Below are positions 26,612 through 36,543 of a stretch of 64,000 bases of DNA, piece after piece. Source of the DNA: Dehalococcoidia bacterium (GTDB taxonomy: Bacteria; Chloroflexota; Dehalococcoidia; SZUA-161; SpSt-899); the NCBI GenBank assembly GCA_034434815.1, contig DAOTYO010000005.1:13118-77117 (forward strand). The letters are read 5' to 3'. A program made the position numbers and the translations under genes. The first letter of the stretch is position 1; every line of letters starts with the position of its first letter. The notes under the pieces were generated by a model, which worked only from the letters and a program-made list of their open reading frames with translations, was not told where the DNA came from and did no database searches.

Positions 26612-28273
26612 ATGTCTGAGAGGATTCTCGTTGCCGTAGCTTGGCCTTACGCCAACGGCCCGCTGCATCTCGGGCACATCGCCGGAGCCTATCTCCCCGC
26701 CGATATCTTCGCCCGATATCACCGCCTCCGCGGAAACGAAGTCTTGATGGTCTCCGGATCCGATATGCACGGCACGCCCATCACCATCAGTGCCGAACGG
26801 GAAAAGACCACCCCGGAGGAAGTGGCCTTCCGCAACCATCGCGCCTTCATGGAAGCTTGGGGAAAGATGGGGATCTCCTTCGATCTCTACACCTCCACCC
26901 ATACCCCCAATCACACGGCGGTGGTGCACGATATCTTTCTGACGCTTCTCCGGAAAGGCTATCTCTACAAGGATTCCATGCCGAGCGCCTTCTGTCCTCA
27001 CTGCAACCGCTTTCTTCCCGATCGGTACACGGAAGGGGAATGCCCCCATTGCCATGCGCCGGCCGCACGGGGAGATCAGTGCGATGAATGCGGGAAAACA
27101 TTGAGCCCGGGAGAACTCATCAACTGGAGATGCGTTCTGTGCGGCGGCAAGCCCGAGATGCGGACAACCGAGCACTACTATTTGAAGCTCTCGGCCTTCA
27201 GCGATCGGCTCGAAGCATGGGCCAGAGCTCAGACCCACTGGAAGCCCAACGTCTCGAGCTTCACCATGCGGTACATCAAGGAGGGCCTCCGCGATCGGGC
27301 CATCACCCGGGACCTCGAATGGGGCATCCCCGTGCCCGCGGAAGGGTTCGAAAGCAAACGCATTTACGTTTGGTTCGAAGCGGTGATCGGGTATCTTTCA
27401 GCCACAAAGGAATGGGCCGAGAGGAAAGGCGATCCTGAAGCATGGCGCCCCTTCTGGCGGCCGGATGCACGATCGTATTATTTCATCGGTAAGGATAACA
27501 TCCCGTTCCATACGCTCATCTGGCCGGCCATTCTGATGGGGTATGATCCGAACCTGCGCCTCCCCTATGATGTGCCCGCCAACGAGCACTTGACCCTCGA
27601 AGGCAAGCAATTCTCCAAGAGCCGCCGCTGGGCCGTATGGCTGCCCGATTATCTTGAGCGATACGATCCCGACCCCCTGCGGTACGTGCTCTCCGTGAAC
27701 ATGCCGGAGACGGGAGATACCGATTTCTCGTGGAGGGAGTTCGTCCGGCGCAACAACGATGAGCTCGTGGCGACCTATGGGAATCTCGTGAACCGCGTTC
27801 TCAAACTCACCCACCGCAACTTCGGAGGGGGGGTCCCGCCGCTCGGCGAACCGGATTCACGGGATCAAGCGCTCCTTTCCATGGCTAGAGAAACGCTCCA
27901 GCGCGTCGGCGAATCGCTGGAGATCTGCCGGTTCAAGGAGGGCATCAAATCCGCCTTTTCCCTGGCACAGGAGGCCAACCGATACCTCGATGACAAGGCC
28001 CCGTGGAAGCGGATCAAGGAAGATCGAGAAGGGGCCGCTACGTCACTGGGAGTGGCCATGGGAGTACTGGCCTGTTTGAAAACGGCGCTCTATCCCTTCT
28101 TGCCCTTCAGCTCGGAGAAATTGCACCGAATGCTGGGCTTTCCCGGAACGGTTCAGGGGGGCGGCTGGGATTTCCCCTTCCCTCTCACGGGACAGAAGCT
28201 TTCCCCTCCGGAACCGCTCTTTGTCAAGCTCGAAGAGGATATCATCGCCGCGGAAACCGCCAAACTCGGGTGA
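26612..28273 (+). CDS. metG: methionine--tRNA ligase
   Basis: HIGH motif (PYANGPLHLGHIAG), zinc knuckles CPHCN...CPHCH...CDECG...CVLCG, KMSKS-type FSKSRRW; start trimmed to MSERILV. Confidence 0.9.
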   Translation: MSERILVAVAWPYANGPLHLGHIAGAYLPADIFARYHRLRGNEVLMVSGSDMHGTPITISAEREKTTPEEVAFRNHRAFMEAWGKMGISFDLYTSTHTPNHTAVVHDIFLTLLRKGYLYKDSMPSAFCPHCNRFLPDRYTEGECPHCHAPAARGDQCDECGKTLSPGELINWRCVLCGGKPEMRTTEHYYLKLSAFSDRLEAWARAQTHWKPNVSSFTMRYIKEGLRDRAITRDLEWGIPVPAEGFESKRIYVWFEAVIGYLSATKEWAERKGDPEAWRPFWRPDARSYYFIGKDNIPFHTLIWPAILMGYDPNLRLPYDVPANEHLTLEGKQFSKSRRWAVWLPDYLERYDPDPLRYVLSVNMPETGDTDFSWREFVRRNNDELVATYGNLVNRVLKLTHRNFGGGVPPLGEPDSRDQALLSMARETLQRVGESLEICRFKEGIKSAFSLAQEANRYLDDKAPWKRIKEDREGAATSLGVAMGVLACLKTALYPFLPFSSEKLHRMLGFPGTVQGGGWDFPFPLTGQKLSPPEPLFVKLEEDIIAAETAKLG

Positions 28274-28278
28274 CCCGC

Positions 28279-29244
28279 ATGAATCTCGAAACCATCTTCG
28301 CGCCGGTTCAAAATGAGATGGCTCTGGTCACCGAAAGCCTGAAGCGGGTGGCCGATGTGGACGTGCCACAGTTCGCCGAGGTGATCCGGCAGGCACTGGG
28401 GGGCCTCGGCAAAGGGGTTCGACCCGCGCTCACGCTCCTGAGCGGCAAGTCCCGCGATTACAATCTCGAACACCTGATCCCGATGGCAACGGCGGTGGAG
28501 CTCCTGCACACGGCCAGTCTCGTTCACGATGACACCATTGATAGATCGCCCATCCGGCGCGGCCTGCCGACGCTGCACGCCCTTCTCGGCGATAACGCAG
28601 CCATCATGGCCGGCGACTATCTCTTCGCCAAATCGGCGGAGCTTGCCGCCATGCCCGGCAATCTGCGCGTGGTGCGGCTCTTTGCCCGAACCTTGATGGC
28701 ACTGGCCAAAGGAGAATTGGAAGAAACCCTCACCCTCTACGATTGGCACCAAACCCGAGAGGATTACTTCCGGCGGATCGACGGCAAGACGGCGGCCCTC
28801 TTCTCCATGGCCGCCGAATCGGGCGCAATCCTGAGCCGGAGTCCGGAAGAAGAAATCCAAGCCCTCAAGACATACGGCACCAATCTCGGACTGGCCTTTC
28901 AAGTGGTGGACGACCTTCTCGATTTCACCGGCGATGAGAAGACGATGGGAAAGCCGGTGGGCAGCGATCTTCTGAACGGCGTCCTCACCTTGCCCGCCTT
29001 TCTCTATCTCGAACAGTGTCCGGACGGCAACCTCATCCGCCGCGGCTTTGAGTCCAAAGGGCAAGGCCCGGAGCTCGGGCGGGCCATCGCCGAGATCCGA
29101 GCCTCCGGCATTATTCAGGAGTGTTTTGCCATCGCGCAGGATCTGGTTCGAAAAGCTCAAGCGGCGGTCCGCCCGCTGCCCGAGTCCGAAGCCAAGGAAT
29201 CCCTCTTGGCTCTGGCCGATTACATTCTCGAACGCAAGAAATAG
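28279..29244 (+). CDS. polyprenyl diphosphate synthase (trans-isoprenyl diphosphate synthase, IspB/HepT-like)
   Basis: First and second Asp-rich motifs LVHDDTIDRS and FQVVDDLLDF; start trimmed to MNLETIF. Confidence 0.85.
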   Translation: MNLETIFAPVQNEMALVTESLKRVADVDVPQFAEVIRQALGGLGKGVRPALTLLSGKSRDYNLEHLIPMATAVELLHTASLVHDDTIDRSPIRRGLPTLHALLGDNAAIMAGDYLFAKSAELAAMPGNLRVVRLFARTLMALAKGELEETLTLYDWHQTREDYFRRIDGKTAALFSMAAESGAILSRSPEEEIQALKTYGTNLGLAFQVVDDLLDFTGDEKTMGKPVGSDLLNGVLTLPAFLYLEQCPDGNLIRRGFESKGQGPELGRAIAEIRASGIIQECFAIAQDLVRKAQAAVRPLPESEAKESLLALADYILERKK

Positions 29245-29403
29245 GGCCGCTTCAGGGGGGCATGGCTTATGCCGCACTTCGGCCGATGGTTCCCGATCCC
29301 CCACACCTCCTTTTCGGTCCCCTCATCCGAATCGAAGAGGGGGAAATGTACCCGCCGCGAGCATCTGCCGGGTCCGGCAAGAGGGCTCCGGCTGATCATC
29401 TTC

Positions 29404-30498
29404 ATGGCCATTGCCATCCTTCTTTCCACGGGTTGCGCCCGTCCTTCCCAGAGCGAGCGGAGCATCGGAACGATCACCAAACCGTTCGAGTTCAACCAGA
29501 CCGAATGGGAAACCAGAGCTTTGGCCGGAAAGCTGTGGGAATCCATGAAGCCCGCACGGTGCGACTGCATCGACGATGCCGAACTCGTGAAGCGCTACTT
29601 TCAAGCCGACCCTTCCGAAAGAAAGTCAATGGAAGATCGCGCGGAACGGATCCTCTCCAAGCAAATCCGTCAGGCCCTGATCGAAGAGGGAATATGGAAT
29701 CCGTTCGATTCCTTCCTCCCGTTCAAAGTCGTCTTCCCGCCGGTGGATTTTGAATTCGAGCCCCCGCCGAGTTTGCTCGTTGTCTCACCGCGCGAAGAGA
29801 TCAAGATCATCAAACGGAAAACGCTGGGGCCGGATCTCCCCCTCGCCGAGAAGGAATCCATCGAAGCACAGGTGGATCGCCTCGGATATTCGTCGCTCGT
29901 GGTGGAACTTGGGGGGGTGGGGTTCACCGTTCCCACGATGGTGTACGAGACCTCCGATCTCCGCCGGGCCATCGAGATCGCGGTTGAAGAATGGTTCCAT
30001 CAGTATCTGTTCTTCCACCCACTGGGATTCGCTTACGCGCTCGATTCCCTCGGTTGGCGGGAGAACCCCGATATCGCCACCATGAACGAGACGATCGCCG
30101 GGATCGTCAGCAAGGAGATCGCAGAGAAAGTCTATCGGAAATACTATGCCGCGGAAGGGGAGGAATCCCACCCCGCCGAAGGCCCCTCCGAGTTCAAGCT
30201 CCTCATGCGGGAGATTCGAATCAACGTAGATAAACGCCTCGCCGCAGGCGACGTGGCCGGAGCCGAAGCCTACATGCGGGAGCAGCGGGATTTTCTGGCT
30301 TCAAAGGGGTACTATATAAGAAAATTGAATCAAGCCTATTTTGCATTTCACGGCACCTATGCCGATGAGCCGACCACGGTGAGCCCCATCGGATTGGATT
30401 TGCAGAAGCTCCGGGCCGGCTCGGCATCGCTTGCCGAGTTCGTGAGCAAGGTCAAGCACATGACAAACTACACGGATTTGAAAGAGGCTTTGAAATGA
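29404..30498 (+). CDS. hypothetical lipoprotein
   Basis: Lipobox LLSTGC near the Met at 29404; alternative upstream ATG at 29269 preceded by a GGGGGG tract; no recognisable catalytic motifs. Confidence 0.5.
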   Translation: MAIAILLSTGCARPSQSERSIGTITKPFEFNQTEWETRALAGKLWESMKPARCDCIDDAELVKRYFQADPSERKSMEDRAERILSKQIRQALIEEGIWNPFDSFLPFKVVFPPVDFEFEPPPSLLVVSPREEIKIIKRKTLGPDLPLAEKESIEAQVDRLGYSSLVVELGGVGFTVPTMVYETSDLRRAIEIAVEEWFHQYLFFHPLGFAYALDSLGWRENPDIATMNETIAGIVSKEIAEKVYRKYYAAEGEESHPAEGPSEFKLLMREIRINVDKRLAAGDVAGAEAYMREQRDFLASKGYYIRKLNQAYFAFHGTYADEPTTVSPIGLDLQKLRAGSASLAEFVSKVKHMTNYTDLKEALK

Positions 30499-31364
30499 TG
30501 AGGAACAAAACCCGAGGAAGGATTCACACCCCGATCAAACTCCGGTCCGCGATCGGACTCCTCCTTCTCATACTTTCGGTTTCGTGTGGGGGGAAGGAAG
30601 AGGGAACGCCCGCTCCGACGGCACTGCCGGTGCTCACTCCAAGAGAGGTCATCGAGAAGGCTTCCCCCCTACTCGATACGCTGGCCAGTTTCCACTTCGA
30701 GCTCACGCAGGAGGGCGGCGGAACCCCCATTGATATGGGGATCGAGATGACGGCCGCTTCGGGGGAAGTCGTCCCGCCCGATCGGCTGCGCATGGATATC
30801 ACCGGAACATGGGGCCGGATGTACCTCAGCACCAAGCTCGTCACCGTTGGCGAGGAGACCTACATGCAAAACCCTCTGAACAAGAAGTGGGAGCCCACCA
30901 AATTCACCGCCATCACCCTTTTCCAGCCCGATACCGGCATCAAGGCCATCATGGAGAGCGTAACGGACCTCGCCATGCTTCCCGGGGAGAGCATCAACGG
31001 GACGGTTTGTTTCCATATGAGCGGAATGCTCCGGTCCGAGGTACTCGATGCCGTGGCCGTAGGTCATGCCGCCGAAGGGTTGCCCGTACAAACCGAAATA
31101 TGGATCGGCGCGGAGGATTTTCTGCTCCGGCGGGTCACGTTCAAGGGGCAAATCACGGAAGAGGAAGTCCCCGGGATCGTGCGGACCCTCACCCTTTCCC
31201 GGTTCAACGAGCCGGTCACCATCGAGTTGCCATCGGCGAAGCGCCTTTCCCCGGGACCCCCGTCTATCCTACGAGCGGGTCCGGTTGCCCAGCGCGGTGG
31301 AGATGGTCTTGAAGAGCCGGTCCATATCCCCCGTTTTGGTGAGATAATCGGCGGCTCCGAGTGA
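30495..31364 (+). CDS. lipoprotein (possible LolA/LppX-LprG-like fold)
   Basis: ATGA start/stop overlap with the upstream gene; lipobox LSVSCG; C-terminal ~32 aa overlap the convergent histidine-kinase gene. Confidence 0.5.
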   Translation: MMRNKTRGRIHTPIKLRSAIGLLLLILSVSCGGKEEGTPAPTALPVLTPREVIEKASPLLDTLASFHFELTQEGGGTPIDMGIEMTAASGEVVPPDRLRMDITGTWGRMYLSTKLVTVGEETYMQNPLNKKWEPTKFTAITLFQPDTGIKAIMESVTDLAMLPGESINGTVCFHMSGMLRSEVLDAVAVGHAAEGLPVQTEIWIGAEDFLLRRVTFKGQITEEEVPGIVRTLTLSRFNEPVTIELPSAKRLSPGPPSILRAGPVAQRGGDGLEEPVHIPRFGEIIGGSE

Positions 31365-34300
31365 AAGCACCTCCACCCGATCCCCCTCAATATCCACGCC
31401 ACTGAGGGCGATGATGGGGATTCTCGCGCCGATTGGATCGCTCTTGAGGGCCCTGATGAAGTCCGCACCGCCTATCTTGGGCACAAGGAGATCGAGCAAA
31501 ATGAGGTCCGGTTTGCCGGTTCTTGCCGCCTCGAGCCCTTGCTGCCCGTCATAGGCGCCTGAGACCATAAAGCCCCGCTTTTCCAGGGCAGTCTGGATTT
31601 CGCGAACGAAGGCCTTGTCGTCATCCACCACCAACACTCTTCCGGGGGATCTCCGGATAAGCTGAGCAACCTTTCGAGCAACTTCCTCGACATCACACGG
31701 CTTGGTCAGATAATCGTTGGCGCCGAGCTTGAAAGCTTGCTCTTGATTCTCCATCACCGAGATGATCAAGATGGGGATATCGCGGGTGGCGGGGGCATCC
31801 CGAAGGATAGCGGTCACCTCCAATCCCGTGAGATCCGGCATGAGCACATCGAGGGTGATCAGATCGGGGACATGCTCGCGCGCCATGCGGATGGCTTCGT
31901 TGCCGTTCGGGGCTTCGATGACGTGGTAACCCCGCTGCGTGAGTTCATGGCCCAGAAAACGGCGGATATTGGGCTCATCATCCACCACGAGGATGGTATA
32001 GGGCCTTTCACCCGTCTGGTTTGCCGGCGGATCATCGGCGGGGGCATTCGAAGGGTTCGGGGGGAGATGCTGTGCTTCCCTTTGCCCATTCCCCCCACCC
32101 ACATTGGCGGCGGCGGGATTCTCCGCCGCCGGTGCTTCGGGTTCCGCCTTTGACTTGGCCGGCAGCGTGAAGAAGAACGTGCTCCCCTTGCCGGGCTCGC
32201 TCTCCACCCAGATCCTTCCGCCGAAGTGCTCCACGATATCCTTGCAGATCGTGAGGCCCAGTCCGGTCCCTTTCGGTTTATCCTTGAGGGTATCGCCGAT
32301 CTGATGGAATTTCTCGAAGATCCTCTGGTGCTCCTCGGGCGGGATGCCAATGCCCGTATCGGAGACGCTCACCTTGACCATCTCCAGCCCTTCGGTCGTC
32401 TCACTCCTCAGGCGCTCGGCCTTGATGCCGATGTGCCCGCCGGCGGGCGTGAACTTGACGGCGTTGCTGATGAGATTGGTCACCACCTGAATGATGCGAT
32501 CCCGATCGGCCCACACGATGGGCAAATCCGGCTCCCACGTCAGCTCCATGGTAAGATTCGCCTGAGCAACGAGGGCCCTCGTGGCGTTCACCGCCGATTC
32601 GAGCACATCCGGTATGCTGAGATCAACCGGATGCCACTGCACCCGGCCCGCTTCGATCTTCGAGATATCGAGTACATCGTTGATGAGACGGGTCAGCCGA
32701 TCGGCTTCCTCGTTGATGATGCCGAGGAATTCCTTTTCCGTCTCCCGATCATTCTCATAGTTCAAGAGGATCTCCGCAAAGCTCTTGATCGAAGTGAGCG
32801 GCGTGCGCAACTCATGGGAGACGGTGGAGAGGAAATTATCCTTCATCTTGTCGAGCTCTTTGAGCTTTTCGTAGGCGGCCTGAAGTTCATCCAGACGCTG
32901 CTTGAGCTCCTCCGAGTATTCGAGAAGCTTGTTCTGCGCTTCCCGCAGCTCTTCGTTGGTGACCTCCAACTCATGCGAGTGAACTTGAATCTCCTCGTGT
33001 TGCGCCCGGATCTCTTGTTCGGCGGCGGCACGCTCTTGTTCCATCTCGATGGCGTGCAACCCGAAGGCGATATCCCCACCGACCTCTTCGATCAGGGAAA
33101 GCTCTTCCTCGCCGCTCTCCAGCGCTAGAGGCCGGATAATGGAGATGATACCGAAGATATCATCCTTGTATTGAAGCCGAAGGACAATGGCCCGCTGCTG
33201 ACTCCGGCTGCACAGCGGGCAATCGTCAGCGCAGGCGGAAGCGGAGGCATCGACGGCCCTGGGCCGCGGCGTATCGAACGCCGCCCGTGCACACGGGGGC
33301 CACTCGCCCTTCTTCATTCGCTCGATCATGGAGGAAAACGCCTGCGGATCGATTCCCGCCACGGCGCTCGAAGCGTATCGGCCCAGCTTGTCCATCAACA
33401 CGATCCATGCGCCCGAGTACCCCCGGGTCTGGGTGAACGTCTCGCAGGCACCCTGAATGAGCCGTTCGGGGTCCTTTTCCCAGAGGATGAGCTGATCAAT
33501 CCGGCGAATGGCCTTGAGGATGGCATTGAGCCGTTCGATCTGTTCCTCCGCCCGCTTCCGCTCGGTCACATCCCGGATGAAGTTGAGACGCGCCTTCCCC
33601 CCTTTGTACTCGATGGGGTTCCCGCTGATCTCAAGCCACCCCACCTCCCCGGCCGCTTTCTCAACGGGGATCACCACCGTCCGCGGCCGATCGTTGGCGA
33701 GCACATCGGCGACCATCTCCTCCTTCATTCCCCGGCCCTTCTCCGAACCGAACACCTTCTCGGGAACATGCCACGACTCGATGAGTTCAAGGATATCCTT
33801 GCCCGCCCAGTCGAAGTCCACCGCCTCCATAAGCTGGTACATCCTTTGATTGGCGAAGAGGATCTCCGAACCCCGCATCAGCACGATGCCGTCCGGGCTC
33901 AGCTCCACAAGGGCGGCATATTCTTGTTCGCGCTCACGCAGCGCTTGCTCGATGCGTTTGCGCTCGGTGATATCCTGCGCGATGATCTGCACGGCGGTGA
34001 TCCGGCCGCTGTCATCGCGCACCGGCTGGATATTGGAGCGGAACCAGAAGCTCCCATCGGAGCGTTCAAGCAAGTTCTCGAACTCGTTGCCCACCCCCGA
34101 TTCGACCACGCTCCGGATCTGCGCCCGCATCGCTTCGGCCATCTCCGGGAGGACCTCGTAAAGCACCTTCCCCATGAAGTCATCCCGCCCGCCGTGGAGC
34201 ATCTTCGCCCCGATGTCGTTGAGCAAGATGATCCGGCCCTCCAGATCACAATAGATGATGGGGGTGCCTGCATTCTCGATGAGATTGCGGTATTTCTCCT

Positions 34301-35822
34301 CGCTCTCGCGGAGCCGCTGATTGACCTCGAGCAACCGCTCCTGAGTGTGCCGGAGCTCCTCATTGGCCGCTTCGATCTCGTACGCGTGGACCTGAATTTC
34401 CTGATGGGCCTGTTCGAGCTTCTGCATGGTCTCTTCGAGCTCGGCGTTGGCCGCGGTGATGATGCGGTTCTGCTCTTCGAACGCCGCCAGAAGCCGCTGT
34501 TGTTCCTCCTCGGTCTTCTTGATGGCGGTGATATCCACAAAATTCCCCAGCACCGCACGCTTCCCCCCGTACTCGATGCTGGCCACCTTCTCATAAACAT
34601 GCCGCTCGGACCCGTCCTTAGCCAAGAGGCGGAACTCGTACCCGGAGGAATCCAAACCCTTGAGCATCCGGATAGCCCTCTCCCGAACCCTTTCCCGATC
34701 CTCCGGATGAACGATGCTGAGCGAAGGCTTCCCGAGGATTTCCTCGCCGGAAAATCCCGTGATGCTCAGAAAGGCAGGGTTGACAAACCGCAACACCCCA
34801 TCTTGAGCGATATACATGGCGACCGGAGCATTGGCCGAGAGAACGGAGAAGAGTTCCTCGGCCTGTTTGCGGTCGGTGACATCCCGGAAATTGACCACGA
34901 TACCGTGGACCGCAGGGTCAGCGATGAGATTCTTGCCGACGAATTCCACATTGCGCCATGAGCCATCCTTGTTGAGGACCCGGATACGCAGGGACACGAG
35001 TTCATCGGGCTTCTCCATGGAACGGGCGATCATCTCGGTCACCGCCGAGAGATCATCGGGGTGCACGAGCCCCAGCGCACTCCGGTTGCGCAGTTCTTCC
35101 AACGTGTAACCGAAGGCGCGTTCCACGGAAGGGCTCACATAGCGGACGGTCCCATCGGCATTGAGGATCAAGATGCAGTCCGGCGCATTCTCGATGAGCG
35201 CGCGGAGTTGCCGTTCGCTCTCGGAGAGGGCTTGTTCGGCCCGGACGCGGCTGGCATGCTCCTCGGCCATTTCGAGGGCCACGGAGATGTGCTGGGCCAA
35301 GTTCCGCACCGAGGGGATCATCGCTTCGGGGAAGCCGGGGGAAGTCACCGCCACGAGTCCGATCGGTTTTCCATGCCGCTGAAGCGGAACCAGAAGCGAT
35401 GGCTGAGTCCCCAACCCGAGGATCTTGATCAAAACACCGACGAGCGCGCCGGGAACCAACTCCCCGAGGATCTGAGCACCATTGGCCTCGATGACCTTGC
35501 CCTCGCGGATCACCTGAGCGAAAATGGTGGATTTGTCGAGCTCGGCCCGGAAACCCTCCAATTTAAGGCCGGCGGCTTTCTCCATGGCATGCAACACCCT
35601 GCGCCCCACGGACGATTCCTTCACCGTCAGGGCTCTCCCGTCCTCCGTAAGGAGCATAATCGTGGCCGCATAGCGTTTGGAACCGGCGAACTCTTGGATG
35701 ACGGTATGGAAGATTTCCTCTTCCGTTCGAAGGCCGTGGATCTTGGCAGAGACATTCTCGGTGAAGTGGATGATATCGATGAGCTCTTGCAGAGATCGGT
35801 CCATCTTTTCCGCTTGTTTCAT
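31269..35822 (-). CDS. hybrid sensor histidine kinase with multiple PAS/GAF domains, HisKA-HATPase core and two C-terminal receiver domains
   Basis: 1517 aa; H-box LSTVSHELRTPLTSI; G-boxes VSDTGIGIPPEEHQRIFEKF and GTGLGLTICKDIVEHFGG; two REC domains (ILVVDDEPNIRRF...TLDVLMPD and VLVVDDDKAFVREI...LLDLLVPK); repeated PAS-associated coiled-coil segments. Confidence 0.85.
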   Translation of the reverse strand: MKQAEKMDRSLQELIDIIHFTENVSAKIHGLRTEEEIFHTVIQEFAGSKRYAATIMLLTEDGRALTVKESSVGRRVLHAMEKAAGLKLEGFRAELDKSTIFAQVIREGKVIEANGAQILGELVPGALVGVLIKILGLGTQPSLLVPLQRHGKPIGLVAVTSPGFPEAMIPSVRNLAQHISVALEMAEEHASRVRAEQALSESERQLRALIENAPDCILILNADGTVRYVSPSVERAFGYTLEELRNRSALGLVHPDDLSAVTEMIARSMEKPDELVSLRIRVLNKDGSWRNVEFVGKNLIADPAVHGIVVNFRDVTDRKQAEELFSVLSANAPVAMYIAQDGVLRFVNPAFLSITGFSGEEILGKPSLSIVHPEDRERVRERAIRMLKGLDSSGYEFRLLAKDGSERHVYEKVASIEYGGKRAVLGNFVDITAIKKTEEEQQRLLAAFEEQNRIITAANAELEETMQKLEQAHQEIQVHAYEIEAANEELRHTQERLLEVNQRLRESEEKYRNLIENAGTPIIYCDLEGRIILLNDIGAKMLHGGRDDFMGKVLYEVLPEMAEAMRAQIRSVVESGVGNEFENLLERSDGSFWFRSNIQPVRDDSGRITAVQIIAQDITERKRIEQALREREQEYAALVELSPDGIVLMRGSEILFANQRMYQLMEAVDFDWAGKDILELIESWHVPEKVFGSEKGRGMKEEMVADVLANDRPRTVVIPVEKAAGEVGWLEISGNPIEYKGGKARLNFIRDVTERKRAEEQIERLNAILKAIRRIDQLILWEKDPERLIQGACETFTQTRGYSGAWIVLMDKLGRYASSAVAGIDPQAFSSMIERMKKGEWPPCARAAFDTPRPRAVDASASACADDCPLCSRSQQRAIVLRLQYKDDIFGIISIIRPLALESGEEELSLIEEVGGDIAFGLHAIEMEQERAAAEQEIRAQHEEIQVHSHELEVTNEELREAQNKLLEYSEELKQRLDELQAAYEKLKELDKMKDNFLSTVSHELRTPLTSIKSFAEILLNYENDRETEKEFLGIINEEADRLTRLINDVLDISKIEAGRVQWHPVDLSIPDVLESAVNATRALVAQANLTMELTWEPDLPIVWADRDRIIQVVTNLISNAVKFTPAGGHIGIKAERLRSETTEGLEMVKVSVSDTGIGIPPEEHQRIFEKFHQIGDTLKDKPKGTGLGLTICKDIVEHFGGRIWVESEPGKGSTFFFTLPAKSKAEPEAPAAENPAAANVGGGNGQREAQHLPPNPSNAPADDPPANQTGERPYTILVVDDEPNIRRFLGHELTQRGYHVIEAPNGNEAIRMAREHVPDLITLDVLMPDLTGLEVTAILRDAPATRDIPILIISVMENQEQAFKLGANDYLTKPCDVEEVARKVAQLIRRSPGRVLVVDDDKAFVREIQTALEKRGFMVSGAYDGQQGLEAARTGKPDLILLDLLVPKIGGADFIRALKSDPIGARIPIIALSGVDIEGDRVEVLSLGAADYLTKTGDMDRLFKTISTALGNRTRS

Positions 35823-35942
35823 CTTGAGGCTCCCTGACGATGGTGGGATTTCCGAGGCTCTCGGGAAAAGAAAATCCCCGGGGCCGCAGGGACGCTCCCC
35901 TGAAGCATACTTAGGGGCCGCTCGAGTTCCGTGCTCATAATC

Positions 35943-36317
35943 TTATTTGAGGAGTTCCTTCACCCGGGCCACGACCCCCAGAGGGCTGAAGGGCTTGCTG
36001 ATGAATTCGTCCGCCTGCGATTCGAAGGCCTTGGCTTTATCCACCGCCTGGCCTTTGGCCGTCAGCATGATGATATACACATCGCGCAGCGAGGGATCGG
36101 CCTTGACCTCGCGGCACACATCGTAGCCGTTCTTCTTCGGCATCATCACATCCAGAAATACGAGGTTCGGCTTTGATTTCCGGATCTTCTCGAGAGCTTC
36201 CACTCCGTCCATCGCGGAGTCGATCTCATATCCCTCCTTGCTCAGCACGAACGTCAGGGACTTGATGAGATGCGGCTCATCGTCCACCACCAGCACCCGC
36301 TTTCCGTTCTGGTTCAT
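35943..36317 (-). CDS. single-domain response regulator (CheY-like receiver)
   Basis: RVLVVDDEPHLIKSL...LVFLDVMMPKKNGYDV...MLTAKG; start trimmed to MNQNGK after a GGGGG RBS. Confidence 0.8.
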   Translation of the reverse strand: MNQNGKRVLVVDDEPHLIKSLTFVLSKEGYEIDSAMDGVEALEKIRKSKPNLVFLDVMMPKKNGYDVCREVKADPSLRDVYIIMLTAKGQAVDKAKAFESQADEFISKPFSPLGVVARVKELLK

Positions 36318-36543
36318 GCAGCATACCCCCAGTATCGTGTAATCGTATCTAACCACCAACACAAAAACCGTGTCAAGCCGGTTTTCCCTCAACTCCGGGG
36401 GCGGCTAACCCCCATTTGAGCATGACCGTTCTCACTGTTGACCCTTTCCATCGGATTCCGTATCATCACTTCTAGCCCGAAGATTCCTCTCCTAGCCCTT
36501 TCGATGCCCCGGAACACTGTACGGGGGAACGCTTTGGCCTAAG

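Noticed and set aside
29269-29403. 45-aa N-terminal extension of the 29404 lipoprotein
   Set aside because: The lipobox lies right after the internal Met, and a long hydrophilic N-extension before a lipoprotein signal is atypical. It is kept only as an alternative start.
33171-34961. 596-aa and neighbouring plus-strand ORFs (32226-33128, 35061-35837) inside the histidine kinase gene
   Set aside because: Antisense shadows of the 1517-aa kinase, which has unambiguous H-box, G-box and receiver motifs.
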